Assembly: GCA_030704615.1 (NCBI GenBank)
Contig: CM060733.1
Location: 69,130,001 to 69,194,000, forward strand
DNA from: Takakia lepidozioides
Taxonomy: Eukaryota; Plantae; Bryophyta
DNA length: 64,000 nt
Direction of reading: 5' to 3'
The notes below the pieces were generated by a model. That model worked only from the letters and a program-made list of their open reading frames with translations. It made no database searches and was not told the DNA's origin. The translations under genes and the position numbers were made by a program. This document shows positions 12,200-24,200 of the stretch, in pieces. Every line of letters starts with the position of its first letter. The first letter of the stretch is position 1.

Positions 12200-13400
12200 T
12201 CGGCATACGAAGGTAGATAAAATGATGAAAGAGGACTTTGGGGTAGACTGTCGTAGATGGTCCGCACAATCCCATCACTACATCATGATATGCCTACCAC
12301 TAATTTGTCTGAGGCAGTCCATTCTGCTTGGTGGAAGACAGCAGGCAATGGGAAAAAAATGAAGGTTGACGATTTCATGCGTGCCGTGCACAATGTTGAG
12401 AACCCCTGGTGGCAAGCCTGCCTTAGTTGCAATATGAGGCCACCATGCATGACATGTCACGAGCTCTTTTGCAGCAGACAACATTTTACAGGCACACCAC
12501 AGGAAAGATATGGGGGACGGGGCTCGACAAAGAGGAGCTCATGTTGCATCAAGTAGCTAGATCTAATAGCTCAGCAAAAATGGGTAAGGTTGTACGTGGC
12601 ATAGTAGCTGGAACACCCATGCACACAAGGGGGGTTCAATTGGAGGGAGACAATCGCACTGTTCCAGTCAAACACAAGTTAGGCGATGAGCATGGTGGGC
12701 CAAACGAATCTTGGAGGTGTGATATGAATGTAAAGACCGTTCCAGTCACGCCATTGGGATGCCCAGTCCACACCAGCCATCTAGGTTTGTCAGCTCCAAA
12801 TCAAATTATGACATTCCTGGTTCTTCGACTTTCTTTGAGACAAATCCACATGTTGCTATCCCTCCTCAGCCAATGCAATGGGGAAATCTAGTGAGAGAGA
12901 CACAAGACTTTTCCGATGCATTGTTCAGGATTCAGCGGACAGGTCCTGCTTCCATGGTTCATTGTTCTGCCTTGGTTGGAGTCTCCAAGGATACATGCAA
13001 AGCGCTCATCAGGAAAGGTAAAGGAAGTCCTGCACCTTGCTTCACTGGCAAGTTACTAGCACCGAACATGAAAGAACCAAAATTGCAAGTTTTTTGGTTT
13101 TGCCCCACAGATGTTTTGTCGTGTGTTGGAGGGACCGTGCCATCCTATTGCTTGGGAAAACCGGGTATACCTAACGTGTGGCCTGTGAAGGTTGGAACCA
13201 ACCTTACACAAGAAGATGTGGACAACCCTTGCAGGTTTTCGACTAGTCTATCCTCCCAACGTTCTTCATCCGAACTTTCATGTGGGACCACTTCCAGTGG
13301 AACAACATATTCATCAAGGTGTGGTCCTTCCTGTGGGTAAATATCCCACTACACGCTATGGGGTGCGCATTTGGCGTCGAGATCCGACTCCTCATATCGT
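12200..13400 (+). mobile_element. Degenerate Mutator-like transposase-related coding relic
   Basis: MPTTNLSEAVHSAW resembles the MULE T(T/N)NxxESxH motif; fragmented ORFs at 12257-13340. Confidence 0.4.
12365..12433 (-). other. Captured fragment of methylmalonate-semialdehyde dehydrogenase (ALDH6-like)
   Basis: Translates IATKAGLPPGVLNIVHGTHEIVN, matching the ALDH6 motif AGLPxGVLNIVHGT..xVN. Confidence 0.75.
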
Positions 13401-14079
13401 ACACTGATATGGGTGTAATTGAATGTTGCGCAAAATTTTACTCCAATGCGGATGTTCAGTCTTCTTAATTGCATGATCTTCACATCCTCGCCATCCTCCA
13501 ACCCTTCACATTCCCCTGGTTTGGAATTGCTGGAGTGCTGAGCCTAGTCTGTTGAAGTCATAAATTGTCGGTCATAAATAACCAAATGAAACATGTTACT
13601 ACTCTGCTAATTGATATGAAGACCCTTGCCATGACATGCCAGCCGCAATGCCCAAATATTAAACTTATGCCCATGTGCACACTCCTTCCCTCACAGACAG
13701 TCACGCTTCAACAGTATCCATTTCAAGAACAAGTAGTTTCAACTATGTAGTTATAGACACAACAGGTCCAGCTTGGGTCCAACTTTCACTGGGGATGATA
13801 TAGTCGGTGACGACCATAACACTTAACATCGCCGTACGGACTTGCCAATTTTGAGGGTGGTGCTATAGTCGGTGGCGACTACAACAACTCACCTGCAGCC
13901 CACGGTGATATGCGTTCCACCTTCTATTTCCGTGGAGTATTACCACTATGCATTAAGTCGGCAGTTTTGGTTCCCGACCTCCACCTTCAAGTAGGTTCGG
14001 TGTAGGTTCGGGCGAGGGTCGGAAAACTCTGCTCATGCTCATGCGCTCACCGCTCATGCTCATGGATTTGCAACCCCCA

Positions 14080-15505
14080 ATATTAGGTTCTTCATTTTTT
14101 TTTTGCTTACTAGTACCCTACAAACAACACTAAGTTCTAGCGAAGTCTGGAGTTTTCCATAAGTGTTTGTCTATTTTGTAACTTAAACAAAAACCCTAAA
14201 CCCTTACCATAAAACCCTAAACATTTACCCTTAATCCAATACCCCATAACCCTTTCCCTTCCCTTTGCAAATGGGAATCAACTATCCATACCATAACCAT
14301 AACCATTTTGGTTATCCAAATCTCTTCAATGTATCCAAATTTCCATTTTGTACCCTACTAACACACACTAAGTTGTAGCAAGTGCGAGTCTTCCGGCATG
14401 TATGCTCACCATTTCTGCCTTCAACCCAAGCTCTAAACCCTCGTCGAAAACCCTAAGCAAATACGCCATTGTTACGTCTAAACCCTTACCCTTCCCCTGC
14501 AAATGGGAATGAAGTATCCATACCATAACCATAACTATTATGGTTATTCAAATCTCTTCGCCCTTCACCTTGCACAAGGTTTTGCCTTTGGTTTGGATTG
14601 ACATGCACTTACCTTCTTTTTATCGAACTTTGCTTTCTATGTATCTTAATACCAAGTTCCAAGGACGAGTCTTTCATTTAAATACTTGTCCGATGCAATG
14701 ACTACAGTTCCATAATATTAGGTTATTCATTTTTATTTTGCTTACTACCTTACTAACAACACTAAGTTGTAGCGAGTGCGAGTCTTCCGGCATGTATGCT
14801 CACCATTTCTGCCTTCAACCCAAACCCTAAACCCTCGTCGGGAACCCTAAACAAAACCCTACGCCCTTGTTACGTCTAAACCCTTACCCTTCCCCTTCCC
14901 CTGCCAATGGGAATGAAGTATCCATACCATAACCATATGTATCTTAATACCAGGTTCCAAGGACGAATCCTCAATCTAAATACTTCTCCGGCCCAATGAC
15001 TCTTCCATAATATTTGTTTCTCTATTTTTTATTTTATTTTATAGCCTACTAACACACACCAAGTTCTAGCGACTGTGAGTCTTCCATATTTGTTTGTCCA
15101 ATAGTGTTCTTAAACCCAAACCGAAAACCCTACCTTTACCATCACCCCTAAGCCATTAATCTTACCATAAATCAATAACTTTAGTGTACTACCCTAGTTA
15201 CACTCCAAACCTTATTGTACTACCATGTTACCTCTTCTCAATGTTTCATGCTCATTTAATATTTTCTTTTGTTGGATAAGGTATGATAGAATATTACAGG
15301 GATATCAAATTCCTCAACCATTTCTTAATTCTACCGAGTGTGAGTCCATCATATTTGTTTGTCCTTTTGTACCCTAAATCCAAACCCTAAACCCTTACCC
15401 TTACTGTAACCCCAAACCTTATTACACGTCTCTCTAGTTACACCCCAAACCTTATTGTACTACCCTAGTACCTCTTCCGAATGTTTCATGCTATTCTAAT
15501 ATTTT
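14080..15505 (+). repeat. Degenerate ~250-400 bp tandem array containing AAACCCTAAA (telobox/telomere-like) motifs
   Basis: The unit ACACACTAAGTT(G/C)TAGCGAGTGCGAGTCTTCC...AACCCAAACCCTAAACCC recurs near 14125, 14360, 14755, 15050 and 15330. Confidence 0.8.
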
Positions 15506-15507
15506 AT

Positions 15508-16458
15508 CTAAGCCCAAGTGTAAGATCTTCTATCCAGTGCATCTCCTATATCGAGGCCCAAGTGCGACCTCTAGGGTAGCTTGTACCTTTGGCCCTGCTC
15601 ACGAAGAATTGAAATCTAGGATCAAGTGCAATTTCCTATGTATCCCTTGATGCGTCTCCTATGTTGAGGAAGAAGTGGGACCTCTAGTGTAGCCTCTGCC
15701 GTTGGCCATATGTGAAGAATTGAAATCTAAGACCAAGTGCAATTTTGTATGTATCCAAGTGTGTCGCCTATGTCGAGGCCCATCTAAGCCCAAGTGCAAT
15801 CTCCTATGTATGTCTCCCATGTCCAGGCCCAATTTTTTTTTTTCCAAAATTTATTGAGTAGTAATATATCCAATCATTAATCATACATCTCCTGTCGAGG
15901 CTGCAATCATTGTCCCAAGAAAGCCCACTTTGTTATTTTTCACGAATTTCCGGCGACCAAAAATACTTGAAATTTCACATCTCCCAGGTCCAAAAATAAT
16001 GAGACCAATTCGGTGCACCCCTTCTCATCGAGGGCTTTCCAACGATATGAAGCACCAGGGCTAGGCCCCGCGGTTTGGGAGATCTCAACGCTACAAACAA
16101 ACAAACCGCCTCACTTCATATATTGATATGAAGCAAGGCAGTTTGTTTGTTTGTTTATTTGTAGCGTTGAGATCTCCCAAACCGCAGGGCCCCAACCCTG
16201 GTGCTTCGTACTGTTGGAAAGCCCTCGATGAGGAGGGGTGCACCGACGTGGTCTCATAATTTTTGGACCTGCGGTGTGGGAGATATGGAATTTCAAGTAT
16301 TTTTGGTCGTTCGAAATTCGTGAAAAATAGCAAAGTGGGCTTTCCTGGAACAATGACGTGGAGAATTCCCAAACTGCAGGGTCTTTGGATATATAGGGGA
16401 TTGCACTTGGACTTAGATGACACTGGATACTTGGGCCAACAACACATGCTACCCTAGT
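15508..16458 (+). mobile_element. Non-autonomous Helitron-like element with short tandem repeats and an internal ~450-bp foldback
   Basis: CCAAGTGCAATCTCCTATGTATCCAAGTG repeats are shared with 59320-60470. Inverted repeat 15908-16356. Terminus CTTGGGCCAAC..CACA.GCTACCCTAG|T. Confidence 0.55.
15908..16356. repeat. Long imperfect inverted repeat (arms ~15908-16119 and ~16127-16356)
   Basis: For example GGTTTGGGAGATCTCAACGCTACAAA versus TTTGTAGCGTTGAGATCTCCCAAACC, and AAAGCCCACTTTG versus CAAAGTGGGCTTT; very short loop. Confidence 0.9.
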
Positions 16459-16538
16459 AGTAATGGTTTAAGGGTGTCCACTCCCTGTCTTTGAAAAAAA
16501 AGAAAAAAAAGAATGGCTCGACATTCATTATTATTATT

Positions 16539-19500
16539 CAGTGCCCATGTTTGGAACAGCCCATATTTTTTGGGCGAAATAAAGCCAAAAAACACTCGAA
16601 CTTTGTCGGCTGCGACACTCCCTTGTAAAAAAACAGGGGAAAAAACGAAAAAAAATTCCAGAGAGCGCGCGTTCCCTGGCGGAGTGTCACCATAAAGCAC
16701 CAAGGGAACCACCCCTTGGCGCCTGGGAACCGGATCCCGTGGCACCCGCCATCCAACGACCGGCGCCTGTTGGCGTGGTAGCCATGGGGGATCTCGCCAC
16801 GTGCTGCGCCCTGGGCCGTCCGTTCGCCAAGCGTTTTAGGGTTGGAGGGGGTGGCCGTCGCCACTGCGTGGCGGCTATCACTTTGAGTTCATCGCCTACT
16901 ATGTTGTGCCTTGAGTTCATGTGCGTCGCCAGGTTTGTTTAGTGTGCGCTTGTTTATTGGGAGGGACTTTAAGGATGTGGGGGAGCTTCAATGCGCGGAC
17001 GCGACTGTTGGATCGCATTAGGATTGTGGCGCCCTCTGATGCTGAAGGCACATCAAATGAGTCAAGTGACTCTATCCCCTCACCCCCAGAGTCATCCCAA
17101 ACTTCTCATGGCACTATTGTGGTGTCTTCTGACACACATGACAGTGAGGATTCAGATGATGTACATGAGGACACTTGCTTGCCAAAAAAGTTAAGCCTAA
17201 CTATGATCTGACAAGGAAATTCCAGTTGGAGTGGGTAACAAAGCTGCCATGGGCTGAGGGGGAGCTTGGCACAGATGTGAGCTTACATCTTGTGAGGTGC
17301 AAGGTCTGCTCCACCATCAATAAGAGGCCCGTGCTCATGGCCCCCAAGTGGAACACACTCATCAAGCACGAGGGGAGGAGGAGGGCCCAGAGGGACATGC
17401 CCTAGTATAAGGTAAAAAAGGGAGAATGGTATGTAACAAGTGAATATTGCAAGCACAAGAAGAATGGCGCTTTATATAATGCCCGTGTTCCTGCAATAGT
17501 ACTGGAACAGATTGTTGTCCACAACACGGGTGAGGGGGCTAGAAAGAGAGTCCAATTTGCTACTCTTCTTCATTTGCTTTCAAGGGGCCGACCCATGACA
17601 GAGTATGAAAGAATGCAAGATTTGTATGAGTATTTGGTGGTCCAAAACAGCCCCAAAATGCATTGGAGTGCTACAGGTGGCTGGATTATGGCAGAGTTCA
17701 TGTACAATGAGGTTCAACATGCTATGCTGACTTCTGTAAGAGCTGCCAGATTTGTTGCCTTGACTTGCGATGAGGTAACCTCTGTGGACAACGACTCGTG
17801 GATCAACGTCCATGCGTATATTGTGCAGAACTGGGTAAGAATCCCCATGATGATCTCTCTCGGGAGTGGGGTTGATAACCTCACTCTAGTCATAATGGAT
17901 GCATTGCGAAAGGGTGGAGGATTCACTGAATTTTCTGTAGCTCAGAAATTGCTTTGTGTTTGGGGCTGATGGTGTGAGCACCTTCCAAGGTGTGAGGAAT
18001 GGTGTCACAAAGCAAATTGCATCCAAGCATGCTCCCTTCTGTATGGGGCTGCATTGCATGGCACATAGGTGCAATTTGGCCTTCAAGACACTATCCCAGT
18101 TGAGCATTGTTAGCGGCATTGAGACTTTGCTTTAGACCAACCATTCCTATTTTGCACACAGCCCCAAAAGACACTTGGATCACCAAGCTTGCAGACATGA
18201 TGAAAACAAAGGGTCTAAAAATGCTTCGGAATGTGAAAACGCGGTGGGTGTCCATCATTGAACCAAGAAGTAGATTTTGGCTAAGTACAGACCCCTCTTG
18301 GCCAAAATGCAGATCAACAAGACGGACAACAAAACTGCAATGGTATGGTTAGAATTTGTTGGCTTGTGTGCATGTTTTATCATGTTGTGCATGTTTATGA
18401 TTTGGTGTGTTGCTGTGGTGTGTGACAGGGTTTGTTGGCTTTGTTATACACCATGTTGGGTATGTGTTGTATTCTCCCCCTCCTTGAGAGCATCGATTGT
18501 TTGGTGCAGTTTGCACAAGGCCGGAATGTTTTTTTGACATGGTTGCTGCGATTAAAATCTATCAGGGGCAGTTGTACTCCTTGTACATTGACCGGGGAAC
18601 TGCCTTTGCAAGTGATAAGTTCTGGTCTTTTAAAAGCTTGTTGGATTGTAGCCATGAGCAAATCCACCTCAAGTGGGTGGCTGATCTGAACAACAACTCG
18701 CAGCATTTGGTTTATATTGTGAATGGGGAGCAAGTGTAGGCTAACCATGTGTCTGTTGCATCCATGCCCATTGTGCACGTGGCTGGTGTTGAGGACTTGG
18801 TGACAGTGGAGGCACAAGTAGGGCAGGGTGTGGATGGGGCTGAGGTATAGAGTCCGCGGAACTATGTGAACAATGACTTATGGAACAACCTTGTGACCAA
18901 AACTGAGTGTTCAAGTAATATTTAACTGCCAGCCCATGAAATCTGATACCCTAGTTGAAATCTGGTTACCATTGTTGCTGCTGTGACTGTCCAGGCTTTA
19001 AAATGCATGGTGCATGTCTTTGGGGGGCGGGGGGTTAGACTTGTTTGTCGTTTAAATATTTTGATTTTTTTGCTCTAACTTAAGCGCATGTGGGTGTGCA
19101 GTTGCAGCCATGCAACTTGTGGAGGAGTTGAATATCTGATTTTCTCAACACTCAGTGCTTGATGCCATGGGAATTGTGTACCCACAGTACTGGTTGCAAT
19201 CAGGGGCTGAGGATAGTTTTAGGAAGCACCTTGAGGTGCTCAAGAGCTGGTATGGTGAAGCTAGAGTTTTTGGCGAAGGGGCTGATCAGAAAACAATTCA
19301 GCCCACCCTCAATCATTGGGACTTGGACTCCCAACAAGGTATGTTCAAGTTGAGTATGAAATCCAATGCTTTGGCAGCCATGGAACCCCCCCTTTGATGT
19401 CAACCCTCTCACAAAGATCTGGAGAACTATTCATGCATCTCGCGTACTAACTCATGCATTCCTGGAGTATGTCAAACTTGCAGAGATCGCGATGGTGCAT

Positions 19501-20057
19501 GTCTTGGGCAAGGATTCATTTTTGGCATTTTTTAAGAACAAGATGCGGTCTGGCCTTGATCCCCACCTAGCGGTGGTGGTGGGTATGCATGGCCATAAAT
19601 TCTTTGGTCTACGTGATCTCCCATACGAATCATGCTTCGACAAGTGGAGTGGAGTGGTGCCCCGTGGCCGTTATGGTGTCTCTGCTTAGATTTGCAGAGT
19701 TCCTTTTGTGCTGGAGGGCAGATTCAAGAGCCCCTTTGTTTCAATCATCTCCACGTGTGCAGTGAAAATATCGACGTTGACATTTGGGCAATTTTCATTG
19801 GGGCATGCTGCCTAGATAGTCTGTTTTGGACTTGATAGCTTAGTATTAGTTCCCCCTTGCACGTTCAGATTGCAAGAGGCATCACTATTGTCTCTGCAGG
19901 TTCAGATTGAGTTTTTCGCATATGCAACTCAGTGCCTTTTGGGCCCAAGACGCAATATATTTATTTAATTTGAGTACAAGGGCCTCCATCCCCTTTTTAT
20001 TTAAAAAACATTAAAAAAATCCGTTATTGCCATGTGTCCCATCCAAAGTGGGCTATG
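16539..20057 (+). mobile_element. hAT DNA transposon with a pseudogenised transposase (~17190-19689)
   Basis: FQLEWVTKLPWAE..VRCKVCS zinc finger; LTCDEVTSVDN; GADGVSTFQG; HCMAHRCNLA; KMLRNVKTRW; C-terminal hAT dimerisation-like region. Imperfect TIR candidates CAGTGCCCATGTTTGG / CCAAAGTGGGCTATG; no TSD found. Confidence 0.85.
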
Positions 20058-21267
20058 TATGGAGCCAGATTAATGACATTGGCCTTTTTATGGTAGCCAC
20101 TTTGTTGCAATATAAGGGCCCTTCGAGCCAGGTTTCTCTACCCTGCTTTGAACATGTGTCGCCCTTGAAATGTCTTCTTGGTCATCTATGGTCGCCATAT
20201 TGCGACAGTATGGTGCCCATATTGCGACAGTATGGTGCGTAGCTGTAGCCACGTACAATCCATGTGGAAAACAGCTGGTTTGCCACCTACGCACTTTACC
20301 CAACCAGTTTGTAGCCACATGGCCGCTGTACATGAAATGAAAAAAAATGGGCTGGTTTGGAAAGATGTTGGTTGAATCGTTGGCCCTGTTTTCTTCTGGG
20401 CTGCCCGGTTGGCAGAACAGATTCTGGTCTTCAACCTTGTGTCGATGTGAAGAGAGCAGGCCGCAATTGAGCGATCCGGCAGCATATGGGGTTGAGCATA
20501 AATGGGAAATGAGCAAGTACAACATGATTGCATATTTGTGAGGGCTTGACTCTTGAGTTGGGATGATGCTCATCACATCCTGCAAAACCTCTTGAGTGCA
20601 AAAGATTGGCTCTTTGCTATCTATTCCCCCATCCATCGCAACATGGCAAGCAAATGGCATCACCTTCCAGGCATGTCTAGCTAAGAAGAGACACCAGCTC
20701 TTGGTAAAGATCATCAGGAAACGCCTTTCTACATTTGTGTCACAGTATCATTATCTCTGTTCTGTCCGTATTGCACTCGGCCAAATCAATCTGCCTTAGC
20801 CAACTAGGCGTACAGTGTAGCAAAGGGAAGCACACTCACAATAGAGGTGGCAGCATCATAAAGGTTATATCTTGGGTCTTGCATTTCATAACAAGATGCT
20901 TTGCTTTGTGCCAGAGAACAAGCTATTGTAATCTCTGGAGCAACATGCATGGAATGAGAATTTGAGAGTCTATCTGTACAGGAAATGGATGAGCACCCAC
21001 GTACATATATCCTAAAGACAACACTGAAGATGCTCATCCACCATGACCATCTGAGATCACCATTGCCCGTATACAAGGCTGGGTAACTTACACTGTCAAG
21101 TAAGAGTAACAGAAGCAATGTAAGACTGTTGTTTACAACCTACCTATGACCTTCCAGAGCTCATCTCCTCAATTTGTGTGCTCTATTCTACTACTGAATA
21201 ATGTATCCAGCTTTATATGTATGCTCGTAAGTCCAAATAGGGACCCCTACGCACTCATCAACAGTAT

Positions 21268-24200
21268 CTACATTCGTTTTACTGCACCGGTTTCAGAAGG
21301 CAATTTGCGCTCCCGCTCATACAAGCGATACAAGAGAGTCGACTTGGACATTTGGGGCTCCCTCTCCAGAAAGGCAATCACATCCTTCAGAGTGATGTTG
21401 CACTGAGTCCTTCCAGCATGCGAAGCAATGCCAGCTTGGCGCACATTGGTGTTGACTCTACTTATTCCTCCCGGACCAGGTCCTGCCACAGGAGAACAAC
21501 ACGCTTGGCCTTTACTTGAATGTGCACATTGATTGAATCCCACCAAGTAGAGCAGACAAGCTACCATCTTGACCAACTGCGCATACTGTACCAAATAGCA
21601 GTTGCCACCAAAGAACCCTTTTAGGCAACTCTTCCACTCAAAATATGTAAGCAGTCATTTGACTGACTGCTGGAGCATGTGCAGAGGAGACTTTCAGCCC
21701 CAAAAATCAACCACACATTGATTACTGCCACATTGTTCCAATCACTGCCAGGCACTAAAGGGTACACAGTCTAGTGTAGGCATGCAACAGATCTTTTGCC
21801 AATCCATGGCCGCACCAGAGGAGTATGTATCACAAGAAATCCCATAAATTTGATGCATAACTATCGGTCGAACAAAAACACCTGGAGGTCTGCCAGTGGC
21901 AGCTGCTGCAGTTGGTCCGTCTCCATCTGCATCCGGCCGCCCAGGACCCAAGCCTGTGGCAGTCTCCCCATTCTCCGGTTTACGCTCTACCTCTTGGCTG
22001 CCTCTCATTTCGTTCGTTGTGCCTGACCGTCCTGCGTCATTTGCTGTCACCACCCCAGCCCAGCCCAGTTGCTTTGTAGTTCCAACAAAAGCTCATTCCT
22101 TTACGAATACACATTCGGCTCAAAAGAATCCCAACAACACAGTAACCTATCCCAACCCATAGGAAAGCAAACATGAATCTAAGACTCTGCAATTCACCTT
22201 TGATCAAGAAGTGTTCAGGCTAGCAATGTGCAACCAAAAAGCCTACCCCAAAGTCAAATTAGCATGCCTCCAACTGCATTCAAGAATGTAAAGTGGAATA
22301 AGTCTGTAGCTATGCAGTCTACTGTACCTAAACAGAATTAGTTGTTGCCCGAAATCATTTCTCAGTAAGGAGCAGAAACACAGCCAGGGAACTCGAGAAA
22401 AGTGCATACCACTGTCTCCTCCTTGTCGTTTAGCAAGACCTTGGGCTGCCATCATTTGCCATTTCATGAGCATGTCATCTGCACCTACGGCAGCTCGTGC
22501 AGCCACATTTGCTGCATTTGCCCTGAGTTTATCATCGTCCTCCTGCTGCGCCTATTCAGGCTCAAGGGTGTCCCCAAAAGCTTTTGTTAAGCTTAGCACT
22601 ACTGCTGTGATGAGGCCACAATTGTGGTTTACCAACCAACATAAGTCAGCCTGAACCACTTCTATACTCAACAACTGAACTGGATTGTCGTGAACCTTTA
22701 CATAGGAAGAAACCCCACCGCCGTTCCCACAGGCAATTCCAGGGCCACTTCAGAGGGATGTTTTCAATATATGGACCTTAATTGAGGTCTACTTGATCAA
22801 ATTTGCAATCAAAATGAAGTGTTCTGTCAATAATCTCCTCCATGTTTTCATCAATCAACTCCTCGAGGAAAGTGAGGGATTTGGGTTAAGGGTGGGCGAT
22901 ACCACCATACCAGCCCTTATGTTTGCGGATGACTTCGCAGGCATAGGGGAGACTCCAACCAATCTCCAGGAGTTGATTGATTGCACGAAGAGATACTTTG
23001 ATCTTTGGGGGCTAGAGGCTAATGTCAGTAAATGTGCAGTAGTAGCATTCAACGACACAGGAGAGGGAGGAAGTGATCTTAAGTGGCAGTCGGGTAGCCA
23101 AGAGATCCCGGTCCTCCCTTCCTACACTTACCTGGGCGTTGAGTTTTCCTCCAATTGTAATTGGGATGCACATATCCGGAAAGTTGTTCAAACTGGCAAG
23201 GGCAAAGCTCTGGGGCTCACTAAATTTTTCCACTGCAGAGGGGTCAACTCTGAGGTTAAGAAAACCATGCTTTGTCGCGTTATTAGACCTGCCTCGGAGT
23301 ACGGATCTGCAATATGGGTTGATAACTCCAACCAGGCTAAGTCTCTAGAATCCATTCAAGTGGGGGTGCTTAAGGAGTGTATGTCAGCATGCTCCAAAAC
23401 AGCCAATGTGGCTGTTCGGGGTGAGTTTGGCATTCCGTCCTTAAGCTCCCGACGAAATGAATTCAAGGTCAGATGGTGGGGTCAGCTGCAACATATGTCC
23501 AACACCAGATATCCTAAGTTAATCGACTCTATATCTTGGAAACAGGACCGCCCTGTCAAACAGGCTAAGTCCTGGCAGAAGAGAGTAGAAGAGATTCTCA
23601 AGGACCTGGACCTGGAACCGCAAGTCTTGACCCTGCTGGATAAATCTGACTTAGAGGCTGTAGTGTCCAAACCCATGTCTGTTGCCATCAGATTGTCTGA
23701 TGAAAATGAAGTTAGGCAGAAAACTTCCCTGAACTTGTTTCCAGTCCGTGACATGGGGGAGGACATCTTGGATGACCTCAAGGGTCTACCCACTCTCGGC
23801 ACTAGACTGAAATTTAAACTCAGGGCAGGAAGCCTACCTTTGAACAGCAAACAGAAGCAGAGAGGAAAGGGAGAGTGCTCTATCAAGGGAATTGTGCCTG
23901 CACCTCTGTTTACCAACTTTGAAAGTCTCGAGGCTGAGCCAAAAGCCCAGGCCCTCCTGAGGCCTAGTTTTTGGGCAAATCACACACAGCAGATTGATGC
24001 TTGTGTGAAGGGATTTCTAGAGGATGTCTGGAAAACCCGGATTGACTCTATATATGTAGGTAAGTCTTACTACCAACGTCAGCCCCTGACAGAGGTAGGT
24101 TCTGTCCCTTTTGTTTCCGCTCAAACTGGGCGCGGGGTCAATGGCCACAAGGCTACGGCAAACAATGTCTTATGAGTACAAATAATCTCCTCCAAAGTCT

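Noticed and set aside
14190-15400. True telomere or interstitial telomeric array
   Set aside because: Only isolated AAACCCT units inside a longer repeat; no tandem (CCCTAAA)n run.
16070-16180. GGGAGATCTC as further copies of the 16-bp palindrome (also ~59706)
   Set aside because: Only a partial match, and part of a different repeat family.
20088-21118. ORFs downstream of TAF4
   Set aside because: No motifs; includes a 22-bp tandem duplication; likely 3'UTR or intergenic.
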